Virus record (IMG/VR): IMGVR_UViG_3300029905_000179
Coordinates: 1 to 6,331 of that record
Length of the DNA stretch: 6,331 nucleotides
From: a virus
Reading direction: 5' to 3' (one strand)
The first letter of the stretch is position 1, and each line of letters begins with the position of its first letter. Under the pieces are notes generated by a model. The model did not search any database. It saw nothing but the letters and a program-made list of their open reading frames with translations, and had not been told where the DNA came from. A program made the translations under genes and the position numbers. This document shows positions 5,518 through 6,331 of the stretch, piece after piece.

Positions 5518-5778
5518 CTAATTGGAACGTACGCGCACGTCACGCACACGTGTAACACGCGCGCGCGTCACGCGGTCTAGTTCAACATTTTGGGCGCTAG
5601 GCCTATAATGAATGTACGTAGAATCAACGGACTCTATATAACGCGTGCGCTCATATCCAGCACGGATAGCACTGCACGAATTTGCAGTTGTTAACAAGAA
5701 CGCGCAACATGCGCCCAAAATGAGAACAACTAGACCTTTCCAGCCGTACTTTTTGAGGAAGTCAATAATCTTCTGCAT
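5518..5778 (-). CDS. Small membrane or lipoprotein-like protein, 86 aa, with an Arg-rich periodic C-terminal tail. Function unknown.
   Basis: The N-terminus has basic residues (KK..K) followed by the hydrophobic stretch GLVVLILGACCAFLLTTA and then NSC, which is lipobox-like but non-canonical. The C-terminus is RVTRARVTRVRDVRVRSN. The ATG at 5778 overlaps the preceding ORF by 17 nt. The stop is TAG at 5518-5520. Confidence 0.6.
   Translation of the reverse strand: MQKIIDFLKKYGWKGLVVLILGACCAFLLTTANSCSAIRAGYERTRYIESVDSTYIHYRPSAQNVELDRVTRARVTRVRDVRVRSN
5527..5574. repeat. CpG-dense tract of three consecutive 14-nt alternating purine/pyrimidine blocks, with a 14-nt direct repeat at 28-nt spacing.
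   Basis: The blocks are acgtacgcgcacgt (5527-5540), cacgcacacgtgta (5541-5554) and acacgcgcgcgcgt (5555-5568), followed by cacgcg. The direct repeat gcgcAcgtcacgcA (5533-5546) and gcgcGcgtcacgcG (5561-5574) matches at 12/14. By hand count there are 13 CpG and 38/60 G+C in 5521-5580. The tract overlaps the last ~19 codons of the 86-aa ORF. Confidence 0.75.
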
Positions 5779-5944
5779 AATATGAAAGTTTCGAAGTTAA
5801 TGATTTACAATTGTTAATAACGCCGTCAAGCATATCAATGACGCCATGTATCTGCTGCAAAGTCGCTATATCCAGAGCATCGAACCTCTGGGAGAGGTCG
5901 ATGCTATCTGAATAAAGCTTACATATGGATAAAAATTGATTCAT
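5762..5944 (-). CDS. Hypothetical protein, 60 aa, predicted helical and acidic.
   Basis: Its ATG overlaps the stop of the upstream 123-aa ORF as ATGA (5944-5941). Its TGA stop (5762-5764) lies 17 nt inside the next ORF. This is the packed, coupled arrangement typical of real phage genes. I recognise no motif. Confidence 0.5.
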   Translation of the reverse strand: MNQFLSICKLYSDSIDLSQRFDALDIATLQQIHGVIDMLDGVINNCKSLTSKLSYYAEDY

Positions 5945-6312
5945 TTCTTTTCAATGTTTAAAATGTCCATAATGCATTCAACGGCAGAAATATATCCACG
6001 GAAGTAATCGACAGTATGAGAACGAACAGAAAGCTGCGAAATAATACTCCGACGTTCTTCTGCAATGTCAATCATAGACATTATACGCTCAAATTGAAAA
6101 GGGGAAATCTCCTTATTACGAGGTATCGTATCATCACAAAGACGTTTTGTATAACTTAAAAGAGCTTTACTAAGTTCTTCAACAACTTCAGATATACCAT
6201 AATAGCGATATAAATCGCATTCAGTGCAAACAATAAAACTATCTCTTTTCGTTTTAGAAGGTGATTTAAAATCAGAAATAATCTTCTGAATGTCTTTAAT
6301 AAACTTATCCAT
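5941..6312 (-). CDS. Hypothetical protein, 123 aa, predicted mostly helical.
   Basis: This is the first ORF downstream of the candidate promoter. The ATG is at 6312 (equal to 80 in the wrap-around copy) and the TGA stop at 5941-5943 overlaps the next ATG. I recognise no domain. Confidence 0.6.
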   Translation of the reverse strand: MDKFIKDIQKIISDFKSPSKTKRDSFIVCTECDLYRYYGISEVVEELSKALLSYTKRLCDDTIPRNKEISPFQFERIMSMIDIAEERRSIISQLSVRSHTVDYFRGYISAVECIMDILNIEKK

Positions 6313-6331
6313 AATTATTATCCATTTGTTG
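6233..6331. repeat. Terminal redundancy, copy 2. It is identical to 1..99.
   Basis: See copy 1. There is a 99/99 identity starting at a6233 (ataaaactatctc...). Confidence 0.95.

Noticed and set aside
1-6331. A prophage or temperate lifestyle, tRNA genes or a CRISPR array.
   Set aside because: I found no integrase or recombinase ORF and no host flanking sequence. The terminal repeat is a circular wrap-around that cuts through a gene, not att sites. No cloverleaf-compatible or repeat-spacer structures were seen. Xer-dependent integration cannot be judged from this window alone.

Overview
The window holds one complete, circularly permuted genome of a small ssDNA phage of the family Microviridae, plus a wrap-around. 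Nt 1-99 are identical to nt 6233-6331, so the unit length is 6,232 nt. All credible genes lie on the minus strand and are tightly packed. In minus-strand 5'->3' order they are: three small orphan ORFs (123, 60 and 86 aa, with overlapping stop/start codons); a ~330-nt structured, locally GC/CpG-rich control region; a rolling-circle replication initiator (VP4/gpA-like, 451 aa, motifs FITMTY, HYH, YVAKY); the major capsid protein (VP1/gpF-like, 549 aa); a 99-aa ORF; a GC-rich nested hairpin; a 107-aa ORF; and a pilot/minor capsid protein (VP2-like, 394 aa). There is no integrase, tRNA or CRISPR array. Genome size, the long Rep, the absence of Shine-Dalgarno motifs and one TTTG-N20-TAnnTTTG promoter-like motif point to a Bacteroidota-infecting, Alpavirinae-like microvirus. 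That assignment is inference only, and no database search was possible. The most interesting material is the region upstream of rep (about 5184-5580). It contains a decayed ~85-nt duplicate of the rep 5' end that forms a 28-codon mini-ORF, two tandem hairpins, a ~127-nt imperfect cruciform, and a CpG-dense tract of three 14-nt alternating purine/pyrimidine blocks that also encodes an Arg-rich protein tail. Other points of interest are the orphan three-gene module, which includes an 86-aa membrane or lipoprotein-like candidate lysis or exclusion protein. The 107-aa ORF and VP2 are in the same frame, are separated only by TGA-TTT-GTT, and share an identical 15-nt start context. An array of GTAACA-N4-TGTTAC palindromes sits at the VP2 stop.
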